DNA of 35,519 nt, taken from contig NZLE01000032.1 of NCBI GenBank assembly GCA_002692605.1, forward strand, positions 23,639 through 59,157, written 5' to 3'. Below the pieces are notes generated by a model, which was given only the letters and a program-made list of their open reading frames with translations, was not told the origin of the DNA and searched no databases. The DNA comes from Opitutia bacterium (lineage in GTDB: Bacteria; Verrucomicrobiota; Verrucomicrobiia; Opitutales; Seribacteraceae). Every line of letters starts with the position of its first letter. The first letter of the stretch is position 1. The translations under genes and the position numbers were made by a program. Below are positions 1 to 8,588 of this stretch, piece by piece.

Positions 1-956
1 AGGGAACGCTTTGCCCAGCGTTCCTTTTCCCCGAGGTGGAATCCGTGATCGGAGAAAAGGGCGATGATCGTATTGTCCGCATAATCACTTGAATCGAGGG
101 CATCCAGTACGAGTCCCAGGCAATGATCGGCAAAGGTCACGGAGGCAAGGTAGGACTGTACGGCGTGTTCCCATTGCGCCGCACCCTTGACCCATTTGTG
201 GGTGGGGGAAACGTGCTTTAAGTTGGTAAGGTCGATGGCGTATTGACTGAGATCACTAAGGTCATCCTTGTGTATGGCGGGAAGCTTGACCTGATCACGC
301 GGATGCATGTCGAACCATTTCTTGGTGGCATACATGGGAACGTGCGGACGGTAAAATCCGACTCCCATGAAGAAAGGCTTTTTGTGTTTTTTCCCCAGTT
401 GGTCGACCGCCCACTTGGCGCATTTCATGTCCGGCATAAGGTTATCGTCATTCGGATACACTCCCCAGTCCCACAATGGATGCCCGTGGGGTTGGGAGAT
501 CTTTTTCTTAGGTCGTGGACCGAATCCTCCGGTGGGGAGGTATTCCTCAAAAAAGCGTTTGTCTCCGCGATGGAAAATCTTACCCGCTGCCATGGTCTTG
601 TATCCTTTTTTGGCAAAGACTTCAGGCAAGGTCGGGACCTCCTTCAGAACGGGCGCGAGTTCCAGGTCCGGGCTGAGAAAGTAAATGCCGGTGGCATGCG
701 GGTAGCGTCCGGTCATCATGCTGGCCCGGGAAGGATTGCATACCGGAGATTGGCAATGTCCGTTGGCGAAGAGGGTGCCCATTTTCGCCAGTCGATCGAT
801 ATTGGGGGTCTTGGCTTGCGGGTGACCGCCGAGGCAGCCCACCCAATCGTTCAAATCGTCGATCGATACCAACAGGACGTTCGGTTTGGAATTTTCGGCC
901 CTTGCGAAAAAGAAAAAGATAGAAAAAAGGAACAGAGAGACAAATGGGTTTTTCAT
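1..956 (-). CDS. Exported S1 sulfatase, iduronate-2-sulfatase/choline-sulfatase-like; 3' end runs off the window
   Basis: Missing from the ORF track because there is no stop in the window. Manual translation from ATG 956 gives MKNPFVSLFLFSIFFFFARAENSKPNVLLVSIDDLNDWVG...QSPVCNPSRASMMTGRYP...AGKIFH...GFYRPHVP...FSDHGFHLGEKERWAKRS: signal peptide, DD metal motif, CxPxR, SDHG. Confidence 0.92.
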   Translation of the reverse strand, partial: MKNPFVSLFLFSIFFFFARAENSKPNVLLVSIDDLNDWVGCLGGHPQAKTPNIDRLAKMGTLFANGHCQSPVCNPSRASMMTGRYPHATGIYFLSPDLELAPVLKEVPTLPEVFAKKGYKTMAAGKIFHRGDKRFFEEYLPTGGFGPRPKKKISQPHGHPLWDWGVYPNDDNLMPDMKCAKWAVDQLGKKHKKPFFMGVGFYRPHVPMYATKKWFDMHPRDQVKLPAIHKDDLSDLSQYAIDLTNLKHVSPTHKWVKGAAQWEHAVQSYLASVTFADHCLGLVLDALDSSDYADNTIIALFSDHGFHLGEKERWAKRS

Positions 957-980
957 GGGAAGAGATAAGAGGCTTAACAA

Positions 981-1009
981 GAATTAGCCTGATGAATTTT
1001 TGGGCTCAA
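981..1009 (-). promoter_or_regulatory. Possible sigma70-type promoter for the sulfatase starting at 956
   Basis: Minus strand TTGAGC-17 nt-TAATTC, 24 nt upstream of the ATG; weak consensus match. Confidence 0.25.
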
Positions 1010-1027
1010 TGAAAATCCACACCGAAC

Positions 1028-1079
1028 CGAACTTTCCGCATTGACCCGAAAGGGAAGCGCAGAAGATCGGGAAAGCTCG
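1028..1079 (-). terminator. Stem-loop downstream of the beta-barrel gene (possible terminator or 3' UTR structure)
   Basis: Minus strand CGAGCUUUCC pairs with GGAAAGUUCG (10 bp, one G-U) and encloses a CCC-UUUC-GGG hairpin; no clear poly-U tail. Confidence 0.25.
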
Positions 1080-1124
1080 AGCCGTAAAACTAAAGATGGG
1101 GAACTGGAGTGAACCTTTACACTC

Positions 1125-1934
1125 TCAAAACACCCAACCGATCCCGATCTTGAAGTGGTTTCCGTTGCCGTGGTCAATGATACCTTGGTGATCAATGAAG
1201 TCGTGCTTCCATTCGATTCTCGAATGGATCGTATCGTTATGGTTGAAGTAGAAGGCAGGACCTGAACCCAGGGTTCTGGATTCATCATCTTCGGCATGAA
1301 AATCGGTTTCCCAAAAGACGGATCCGTTTGAATTCTTGGTTTCGAAATTATAACCGAAATCCAAGGAGGAGTGAATTTCCGCAGGTCGGTCGCCATCAAA
1401 AATCCACCAAGCCGTCCCAATGCCAAAGAAGTAATTTGCGGTTTCGAACTCGTGGCCAAATCCGATACCCCCGCCAAACTCCTTGTAATAGAAGTCATAG
1501 TCGTCCTTATTGGAAAGAGGAATGCGCACCATGGGCTTGAAAGTCCAGGAACCGCTCTTTCCATCCAAATTAAAGTATTTCTTAAGCGGAACGCCAAGAT
1601 TGAGGTCACCCCAACCGCGGTCTTTTTGGATCAATTTGCCACCCACCCCATCCGGCATTTCCCTTTCCGCATCGAGAACGTAGGGAAGCTTCGCCGTGAT
1701 TCGAAATTCCTTTTTCCAAGTGTAAACCCCTTCCAAGTGAACGAGATTCACTCTCTCGGACAAACCTTTCACAAGCTTGTTGCTTCCAAGAAGCAAATCC
1801 GACTCGTTGATGTGCTCGTAATGAACCTGATACCCCCAACCACCCGACCAGCGGGGCATCATGTTCATGATCGGGTCATCAGCCCGTGCCGAGAAAGCGG
1901 CGAGGAAAATTAAGAGCAGGAAAAACCGCCTCAT
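1125..1934 (-). CDS. Putative small outer-membrane beta-barrel channel (resembles 'transporter'/MetA-pathway-type barrels), Met/His-rich
   Basis: Signal peptide MRRFFLLLIFLAAFSARA; amphipathic strands with alternating aromatic/Gly residues; GWGDLNLG motif; C-terminal Bam-type signal KIGIGWVF. Confidence 0.7.
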   Translation of the reverse strand: MRRFFLLLIFLAAFSARADDPIMNMMPRWSGGWGYQVHYEHINESDLLLGSNKLVKGLSERVNLVHLEGVYTWKKEFRITAKLPYVLDAEREMPDGVGGKLIQKDRGWGDLNLGVPLKKYFNLDGKSGSWTFKPMVRIPLSNKDDYDFYYKEFGGGIGFGHEFETANYFFGIGTAWWIFDGDRPAEIHSSLDFGYNFETKNSNGSVFWETDFHAEDDESRTLGSGPAFYFNHNDTIHSRIEWKHDFIDHQGIIDHGNGNHFKIGIGWVF

Positions 1935-1958
1935 CAAGCGTTTGCCAAAAGCAGGGCT

Positions 1959-2414
1959 CTACTTATGTGTGTGATTGTGATGTACAATCCTGACGGATGC
2001 GTCCTGCTTGAACTGAAGGGCATCCAGGTGGTTGTCGTGAATGATATACTCTTCGACAAGCACGTATCCTGCATCCTCGACCCGTTCGAGCAACTCTTTG
2101 TTATCCAAGGAAGCTCCATCCTTGAGAGCAACCGTAACGAGTTGGGTTTCCGGATTCATATCAATCCCATCCTTGAATCTTTTTTTGTCTACACCCTCCA
2201 TCTTGGAGAGGTTTTTGCGAACCCCAATTGCGCAGGACGGGCAAACCAGGCCTCTCAAGTACAGAAGGGAGATGTTGGCGGATTCCATGAGAACCTCTTT
2301 GGCCGCCGCCAATCTCACTTCCGGACGGGCCTCCTCTTTGTCATCATCCGCCCAAACGAATGAGGACAACAAGGTTAGTGTGGCAATTGCGACAAAAGTG
2401 AATCTTGAAATCAT
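1959..2414 (-). CDS. Exported heavy-metal-associated (HMA; CopZ/MerP-like) metal chaperone with a His-rich tail
   Basis: Start reassigned to ATG 2414 (signal peptide MISRFTFVAIATLTLLSSFVWA); LYLRGLVCPSCAIGVRKNLSKMEGV matches GMxCxxC; 'VEDAGY' HMA C-terminal motif; ends HHNHTHK. Confidence 0.8.
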   Translation of the reverse strand: MISRFTFVAIATLTLLSSFVWADDDKEEARPEVRLAAAKEVLMESANISLLYLRGLVCPSCAIGVRKNLSKMEGVDKKRFKDGIDMNPETQLVTVALKDGASLDNKELLERVEDAGYVLVEEYIIHDNHLDALQFKQDASVRIVHHNHTHK

Positions 2415-2421
2415 GGAATCA

Positions 2422-2450
2422 AAAATAAGGCAGAGATGTGGGAATTTCAA
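2422..2450 (-). promoter_or_regulatory. Putative sigma70 promoter giving a leaderless or near-leaderless transcript for the HMA + barrel pair
   Basis: Minus strand TTGAAA-17 nt-TATTTT-7 nt-ATG (2414); no Shine-Dalgarno sequence. Confidence 0.5.
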
Positions 2451-2520
2451 CTCCATTGGAAAAGTTTTGGAACGATCACTCATCTTGGAAAGCAAAAGGT
2501 ATGGCTTGCCAAGCTACCCC

Positions 2521-3897
2521 TTATTGCAAATGCCAATCCGTTCCATCTGCCATGACGCTTTGGTTGATTTTCAATAACTTCGTTTTCAGTTCTCGGAACA
2601 ATTCAGGATTTTGAGAACTGACGTTTTGGGTCTGACCGGGATCTTTCGATAAGTCGAAAAGTTGGAAATCCCGATACCCTCCCGTTTTGATTACGGGTAT
2701 CCAGGATTCTTGGAACATATTGGATTTGGACAGTTCGTAATCGGGCTCCGCAACGAGAGAGAAATCTCCATCTCTGATAGCCACTATGGGTCGCGATTTT
2801 TGCAAATGCCAAAACAAAGGCTGACGGCGCTTGAACCCATCGGGTTTTCCCATCAGCAAAGCCGATAAGTCCGAACCGTCAATCGGTCGATCCTTCGGTG
2901 CCTCAAGATTGAATAATCCGCAGACCGTCGGCAAGACGTCGACCAGGCCAGCTGGTTCCTTGAGTGCGAGGCTTGGCCGAATCACGCCAGGCCAGCAAAA
3001 TATGCCCGGTACCCGAATGCCCCCATCCCAATTCGAACCTTTCTTTCCCCTTAAGTTTCCGGTCCGGTCGTCCAGATAACTTCCATTATCCGAAGCGTAA
3101 ATGATCAGAGTGTTTCCACGAACTCCCATGGCATCCAATTTTTCAATGACTCGCTTGATTGCCCGGTCCGTATTATCAATCGTTCCTGAATAAATGGCAT
3201 TTCTGTCTTTCAATCCTCCGTACTTGGAAACCACTTCCTCCGGCGCGGCGATCGGGGAATGGGGTTCGTGAAACCAGAGATTCAGAAAAAAGGGGGCCTT
3301 GGGATGGCGATGATGATCCAGCCACTCGATCGCCTCCTCCGCAACCAATTGACAGGAATACCCTTCCAACGGACCAACCGACAGTCCGTTCCGAATGAAA
3401 TTATTGGGGTTCTTGTGGCTGGGCGATGCGTTGTTCCAGGTAGTGAACCAGTAATCGAATCCGTGATGACTGGGTGTTGGCTTCGCACGGTTTTTGGTTG
3501 GCAATCCCAAGTGCCATTTTCCAATGTGAGCCGTGGTGTATCCGCGGTCCTTCAGGATTTCGCCTAGGGTTCGCTCCCGAAGAAGCAAATGTGAGTTTTG
3601 AACCTCGTCTGAAATCCAACTGTATACGCCCGTTCGAATATGGTGTCTGCCGGTCAACAAGGTGGCTCTGCTGGGTGAGCACACGGCGCAACCGGAGTAA
3701 AAATCCGTGAACCTGACCCCCTCTTCGGCCAATTGGTCGATGGCTGGGGTTTGCACGGGTCCGCCGTAGCAACCCACGTCCCGATAGCCGAGGTCATCAG
3801 CCAAAAGGATGACTAGGTTTGGTTGCGTCTGAGCTTGGGAATGCCATGGCCCGGCCAAGAAAGCCCAAACCAAACTGAAAGGAAAACAGTATTTCAT
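2521..3897 (-). CDS. Exported S1 sulfatase (arylsulfatase/GALNS-like)
   Basis: Signal peptide; NLVILLADDLG; VCSPSRATLLTG; GKWHLG; SDNG. Confidence 0.95.
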   Translation of the reverse strand: MKYCFPFSLVWAFLAGPWHSQAQTQPNLVILLADDLGYRDVGCYGGPVQTPAIDQLAEEGVRFTDFYSGCAVCSPSRATLLTGRHHIRTGVYSWISDEVQNSHLLLRERTLGEILKDRGYTTAHIGKWHLGLPTKNRAKPTPSHHGFDYWFTTWNNASPSHKNPNNFIRNGLSVGPLEGYSCQLVAEEAIEWLDHHRHPKAPFFLNLWFHEPHSPIAAPEEVVSKYGGLKDRNAIYSGTIDNTDRAIKRVIEKLDAMGVRGNTLIIYASDNGSYLDDRTGNLRGKKGSNWDGGIRVPGIFCWPGVIRPSLALKEPAGLVDVLPTVCGLFNLEAPKDRPIDGSDLSALLMGKPDGFKRRQPLFWHLQKSRPIVAIRDGDFSLVAEPDYELSKSNMFQESWIPVIKTGGYRDFQLFDLSKDPGQTQNVSSQNPELFRELKTKLLKINQSVMADGTDWHLQ

Positions 3898-3942
3898 GAT
3901 TACAACGAATTTTTATCTGAGCGAACGAAGCGATACGAGAGA

Positions 3943-6900
3943 TCACAAACCGGGCAATTCCACCCGGTCCTTCTTAGCCAGTTCGATGATTACGAATCGG
4001 GTTGCGGGGTCACTCTGCTTAGCCATCTTCACCAGGGCCCTGGTAATTTTATCGGTTCTTTCCCAGGCAGTCGGATAATAATAAGGTCCGCGGGTATCCG
4101 GTCGGGTTTTCCACCAAGTTTCTCCCTTGTAAGGTTTCTCCTTGTTGACCAACCGAACGAGGCTTCTGGCAATTCGTTGCCTGAGGTCAGGTTCATCCAC
4201 ATCACCGAAGGATTTGATCAAGGCATCTACCGTCTCCGTCGAGTGCATGTATCGTAAGGCCATGAGCGCTCCGCTTTGGTTTGGCGTGCCTATCGCATCC
4301 ACGCAAGCCTGACCCGCATCCAACGCCACGAGCGCCTGACGGGCGATATGGGGAAGGATGCTGGATGAGTTTGGGGTTGCATGGGGACCTTCGGGGATTG
4401 CTTGCTTGCCTTGCCCGGCGAACTTTTCAACAGGCGATTCGCTTACGTAAAAGCGCACCTTCCCGCCATGATCGGTGCTGGCAAGCCCCGCGGTGCATCG
4501 GAAGCGGACCCAATCGTTGGAAAGTTTCCCGTAAGTGATCGTTCCGAGGGAGTGGGTGCCGATACCATCGCTCATGGGCTTTCCGTCCTTTCGGGCGAGC
4601 TTGGCTCCCGTGGCGCTGATTCCGATACCCGTCTTTCCCCAACCTTGGGTCGCTTTGTCCCATTTAAGGCTGGTCAAGGGAACGGACGATCCGTCTTTCT
4701 TGATGAGAACGGGGTCGAACCAAGCCCCATGATCGCTGCCGTTTCCGTTCCCGCCATCACCGAGAGTCAGGTGGAGTTCCTTCCAACCCGTCACGTCGAC
4801 GTCAAACGTATGAACCCTTTTCCCTTCGATGATGGGGCTTTGGTGAAGGTTTCCGCTCTCACCCATTTCGTCTTTCGGAGGCTCCGCTCTTGGAAGCGGA
4901 TCGACAGTGGGAGGATTGGAGACGGCAAGCAATGCTCTGGCCGCCGCCTTTTCTCCCAGTCGCCCAAGGGCCACGGCAGCAGCCACTTGAACCCTGGGAT
5001 TGGAATCTTTGAGGGCTTGAACGAAGGGTTCCAGAGGAATACCGGAAAGTTGTGTCTTGCGGTCGGCCAGAGCCCGCAAGGCATGTTCGGCCACGTCAGG
5101 ATCCTCGATCAGGCTAAGGAGAGTCGTGTGAGACTTCTTCCCAAGAAGTTGTTTCAAGGTGTAAAGTGCGGCGATTCGGGCTCGGGGTGCGATTCTTTTG
5201 TCCAAAACTATGGCGAGGACCTCCTTTCCGGATCCTCCGCGGCGAAGGATTTCCTGCTGAGCGTGAAGTCTGGTCTTGGCGCTTGGGGTGGTGAGGAGGT
5301 TCGCCAAGTCAATCTCATTTCGCTTGCTCAGTTCGGGAAAGGCCCGGTATTCCCAAAGCTTGGGAACGATTCTCGCGACGTATCCACCCGTGCCTCCCTT
5401 GAAGCCCGAATTGCTCCAACTGCCGATGAAAAGTCTTCCGGACCCGTCGCAATCAACGTCCGTAATCCTGCCGCATTTGATAAAGTTTTCCTGCTCCTGC
5501 GTAAAACTCGGCCCGTCCGGTCTGACTCGATGGATGTACAATTGGCCTCGACCCCAGTCGCACATCATGGGAACGTCATTGTACTTTTGAGGCCACCCCG
5601 GTTCCTCGAAGTACATGGCTCCCGTTCCGGATCCGCCACCCACGTCAACCAAAGCGGGAATGATCTCGCTGGTGTATCGCTTGAAGAGTTTGGGGTATCC
5701 GTATTCTCCGGTCTGAATTTCGTGGATGAAACGCATGTTCCATCCCCCTCCATCATTCGTGTTCCCCCGAGTGAAAAGGTTCATGAACGGATCGATGGCA
5801 ACGTCATAGACGTTGCGTAAGCCATTTGCGTAGGTTTCGAGTTCGGTCCCATCGGGTCGAACCCGAATGATCCCTCCTCCATACATGGTGAGCTTGGTCC
5901 CGTCCGTTCCTTCGGCATCGACAAACCCAAAGTCGCCCACCGCCACGTATATCCAACCGTCGATTCCCATACGAATACCGTTGGTGGTGTGGTCGACTCC
6001 GCGGTCCTGATTGAATTTCCGGGTGCTGATCTCGCGAACCAAATGTCGGGGTGGACCGTCCGCCACCCCATCCCAATTCTTATCTTCGAGAACGGACAGA
6101 AACATACCTTCGAACTTGGACTCGCTTCCCCATTGGGTATGCAGTACGAAAAGCTTGTCCCCAATCGGTACTATCCCTCGAGGGTTATCGATGATCGCGA
6201 AGATGGTGTATGAGTCGTGAACTCCGTCGTTATCCTCGTCGATAAGCCGGACGATTCTCCCTTTTCCAGCCCCCTTCCCGAGGGATCCGATCTGGTCGAC
6301 CCCGGCAAAGACCTCTCCAGTCGGAGCCACTCCGATACAGGCAACGCAAGGGGTTACGGTGTTGGGCGAGAAAAGAACCGCCTCGAGTTCTTCGGGTACG
6401 CTTACGGAAACCATTTGCTGGTCCTTTCTTTTCGAAGCCAGATCTTTGGGCTTTTCCTTGGTCACGTGGAGAATGCCGTGCATGACGTAGCCATGTCCTG
6501 GGAAAGTGCACACATACGGATATTCTCCTTCCTTCACCGGAGTTTTGAATCGGACCACTGCTTTCTTTTTGGGCATGACAACGGGAGTGGATGCCAGCAC
6601 CTTATCGGATTCGGGAACGTAATGGAGTTCCGGCCCTTTGGCGCCAAGGGCGTTGGCAGCCTCCACGATTTCCATCCTTGATCCGGGCTGCAGAAGCACG
6701 AAATTATGCATCATCAGATCGGAATTGTCAAAGAGCAGTTCAACCTCTTCGCCGGGTTGAGCGTGAAGAGTTTTCGGTTCGAAGTGCAGACCGGGCTTTA
6801 CGCCAAGCGAGAGTTTCGTAACTTGGACCTTACTGGCCGAGCATACGGAAAGACACAGGAGAAAAAAGATTTTGGGAAACTGGCTTCTAAGCATACGCAT
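3943..6900 (-). CDS. Exported multidomain protein: N-terminal azurin/auracyanin-type cupredoxin + DUF7133/sorbosone-dehydrogenase-like beta-propeller + HEAT repeats with an inserted permuted NPCBM/NEW2 domain
   Basis: Type-1 Cu ligands HNFVL...YPYVCTFPGHGYVM; DEDNDGVHD and DKNWDGVAD loops; HTTNGIRMGIDGWIYVAVGD and GLRNVYD propeller motifs; HEAT-like RVQVAAAVALGRLG; GDGGNGNGSDHGAW and GIGTHS NPCBM motifs. Confidence 0.85.
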   Translation of the reverse strand: MRMLRSQFPKIFFLLCLSVCSASKVQVTKLSLGVKPGLHFEPKTLHAQPGEEVELLFDNSDLMMHNFVLLQPGSRMEIVEAANALGAKGPELHYVPESDKVLASTPVVMPKKKAVVRFKTPVKEGEYPYVCTFPGHGYVMHGILHVTKEKPKDLASKRKDQQMVSVSVPEELEAVLFSPNTVTPCVACIGVAPTGEVFAGVDQIGSLGKGAGKGRIVRLIDEDNDGVHDSYTIFAIIDNPRGIVPIGDKLFVLHTQWGSESKFEGMFLSVLEDKNWDGVADGPPRHLVREISTRKFNQDRGVDHTTNGIRMGIDGWIYVAVGDFGFVDAEGTDGTKLTMYGGGIIRVRPDGTELETYANGLRNVYDVAIDPFMNLFTRGNTNDGGGWNMRFIHEIQTGEYGYPKLFKRYTSEIIPALVDVGGGSGTGAMYFEEPGWPQKYNDVPMMCDWGRGQLYIHRVRPDGPSFTQEQENFIKCGRITDVDCDGSGRLFIGSWSNSGFKGGTGGYVARIVPKLWEYRAFPELSKRNEIDLANLLTTPSAKTRLHAQQEILRRGGSGKEVLAIVLDKRIAPRARIAALYTLKQLLGKKSHTTLLSLIEDPDVAEHALRALADRKTQLSGIPLEPFVQALKDSNPRVQVAAAVALGRLGEKAAARALLAVSNPPTVDPLPRAEPPKDEMGESGNLHQSPIIEGKRVHTFDVDVTGWKELHLTLGDGGNGNGSDHGAWFDPVLIKKDGSSVPLTSLKWDKATQGWGKTGIGISATGAKLARKDGKPMSDGIGTHSLGTITYGKLSNDWVRFRCTAGLASTDHGGKVRFYVSESPVEKFAGQGKQAIPEGPHATPNSSSILPHIARQALVALDAGQACVDAIGTPNQSGALMALRYMHSTETVDALIKSFGDVDEPDLRQRIARSLVRLVNKEKPYKGETWWKTRPDTRGPYYYPTAWERTDKITRALVKMAKQSDPATRFVIIELAKKDRVELPGL

Positions 6901-7024
6901 GGTTCATTGCTTTCACAAGATCGACGCAAAGACAAACTTGATTGCTGATTAAGCGAAGGAAAAAGGCAGTGCTCTCATATCGGTGACAGTCCCCTCATGG
7001 GCACCCCCGGGAGCCGATTCAAGA

Positions 7025-8578
7025 CTAATCATTCAACTGACCGGAAGTGTCCTTTCGGAAGGAAAGAGACTTGACCGAATCCTTAACCGGAGCCAATCCC
7101 TTTTTCCCGAGCCTTTCCTTGTTTTTGGCAATATCAAACCAAATTTTGGACATCATCTCCACTCGCCCGGGATGCTTTTCGGCAAGATCGTTAAGTTCGG
7201 TACGGTCCTTTTCCAGATCGTAGAGCTCCCACTTTCCTCCCTTCGCGGAAACCAGTTTCCATTTTCCCTGGCGCAAAGCCCGGTCGGTCCCAAAGTGAAA
7301 ATAGAGATTTTCGTGCCCATCCCTTTCCTTTCCTTGAAAGATTGGGATGAGAGATTTGCCTTCAATCGGATCAATGATTCGATCACCCACTTTTTGGGGA
7401 TATTCGGCTCCGCTGATTTCCATAAAAGTGGCCAGGAAGTCAATCAGGTGTCCGGGCTGCCGTGTAATGCTTCCCGGTTCTACCTTCAATCCTTTTGGCC
7501 AGTGAACGATCAAGGGTGAAGAGATCCCGCCTTCATGCTGGTTCTGTTTATAGAGGCGGAATGGCGTGTTGCTCGCCTGAGCCCACGAGGCATCGTAAGT
7601 CCAATAGGAGTTGGGGTCCCAGGGCTTCAGGTTTCTTCCCCGAGTTCGTTCGAACGGACAACCACCGTTGTCCGCGCAAAAAAGAAAAAGCGTGTTGTCG
7701 AAAACTTTCCTTTTCTTCAAGTCTTTGATCAACCGGCCAATGTTTTGGTCAACGAGATCAATCATGGCCGCAAAGACCTCCATCCGGTCCGCCTCCCATT
7801 GTTTTTCGGACTCTTCGATGGAATCCCATGCGGGGACATGATCGGCTCGAGGAGATAATTTGAATTTTTTGGGTACCAAACCCGAAGACAATTGCTTGGC
7901 GTACCTGGTCTTCCTTAATTGGTCCCATCCACCGTCATACACCCCGTCGTATTTTTTAACCGCAGATTCCGGAGCATGCAGCGGGTAATGGGGAGCATTG
8001 TAGGCGATGTAGAGGAAAAAGGGGTCGGATGTCTCCCCCACTTCTCCTTCCTCAATGAAGTCCAAGGCAAAGTCAGTGATCGCATGGGTTGTGTAGAAGG
8101 GTTTGCCGTTTAGGTTCTTGGGAATTCCCCACTCCTTTCCGTTCAGCCGGAAAGAATTGTCGCCGGTAAAGAAATTACAGGCGCCGGAGAGGTGACCCCA
8201 ATAACGCTGAAAGCCAAAATCAGTCGGTTGTTTGCTGAGGTGCCATTTTCCGGACATCCAGGTCGAATAGCCCGCGGGCTTGAGAACTTCGGCAATCGTT
8301 GCCCCACGGCTTAAGCTTGCGGAACCTGCCTGGTCGCAATAAAGCCCCGTGAGTAGAGAAACTCGAGAGGAGTGGCACTTGGCGGTGTTGTAAAATTGGC
8401 TGAAGCGCAAGCCGTTTTGCGCCAATCGGTCTAGATGGGGTGTTTGGATCTCCGATCCATAGCACCCCAAGTCCGAGAAACCCAAGTCATCCGCCATGAT
8501 CAGAACGATGTTGGGGCTCTTGGCCTGACCGGCGAAAACGGCTCCAAGCAACAGTGGGACAGTTTTAAACAGATTCAT
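7025..8578 (-). CDS. Exported arylsulfatase (AtsA-like S1) with a variant CHSSR motif
   Basis: Signal peptide; NIVLIMADDLGFSDLGCYG; NTAKCHSSRVSLLTG; GKWHL; AYNAPHYPLHA; ADNG; SNTPFRLYK. Confidence 0.95.
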   Translation of the reverse strand: MNLFKTVPLLLGAVFAGQAKSPNIVLIMADDLGFSDLGCYGSEIQTPHLDRLAQNGLRFSQFYNTAKCHSSRVSLLTGLYCDQAGSASLSRGATIAEVLKPAGYSTWMSGKWHLSKQPTDFGFQRYWGHLSGACNFFTGDNSFRLNGKEWGIPKNLNGKPFYTTHAITDFALDFIEEGEVGETSDPFFLYIAYNAPHYPLHAPESAVKKYDGVYDGGWDQLRKTRYAKQLSSGLVPKKFKLSPRADHVPAWDSIEESEKQWEADRMEVFAAMIDLVDQNIGRLIKDLKKRKVFDNTLFLFCADNGGCPFERTRGRNLKPWDPNSYWTYDASWAQASNTPFRLYKQNQHEGGISSPLIVHWPKGLKVEPGSITRQPGHLIDFLATFMEISGAEYPQKVGDRIIDPIEGKSLIPIFQGKERDGHENLYFHFGTDRALRQGKWKLVSAKGGKWELYDLEKDRTELNDLAEKHPGRVEMMSKIWFDIAKNKERLGKKGLAPVKDSVKSLSFRKDTSGQLND

Positions 8579-8588
8579 TTGACTTTGT

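Noticed and set aside
243-968. 241-aa plus-strand ORF in the track
   Set aside because: It is the antisense shadow of the minus-strand sulfatase (ATG 956), which the track missed because that gene has no stop in the window
969-1020. CTGATGA...GAAA hammerhead-ribozyme-like core (CTGATGA at 989-995)
   Set aside because: Stem II would be only 3 A-U pairs, and I found no stem III partner with a correctly placed UH cleavage site in the type I or type III topology
1959-2414. HMA gene as part of a mer/cop resistance operon or mobile element
   Set aside because: No merA/merT/merR, copA, cus or transposase genes nearby
4381-5820. Long antisense ORFs (479 aa here; also 9112-10245, 10932-11696, 13747-14445, 15112-15768)
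   Set aside because: They lie opposite genes with clear family motifs and show no recognisable motifs; they are expected codon-bias shadows
6335-6350. CVAC in the 985-aa protein as a heme c attachment site
   Set aside because: It is followed by Ile, not His, and lies in the first propeller blade; a disulfide or metal site at most
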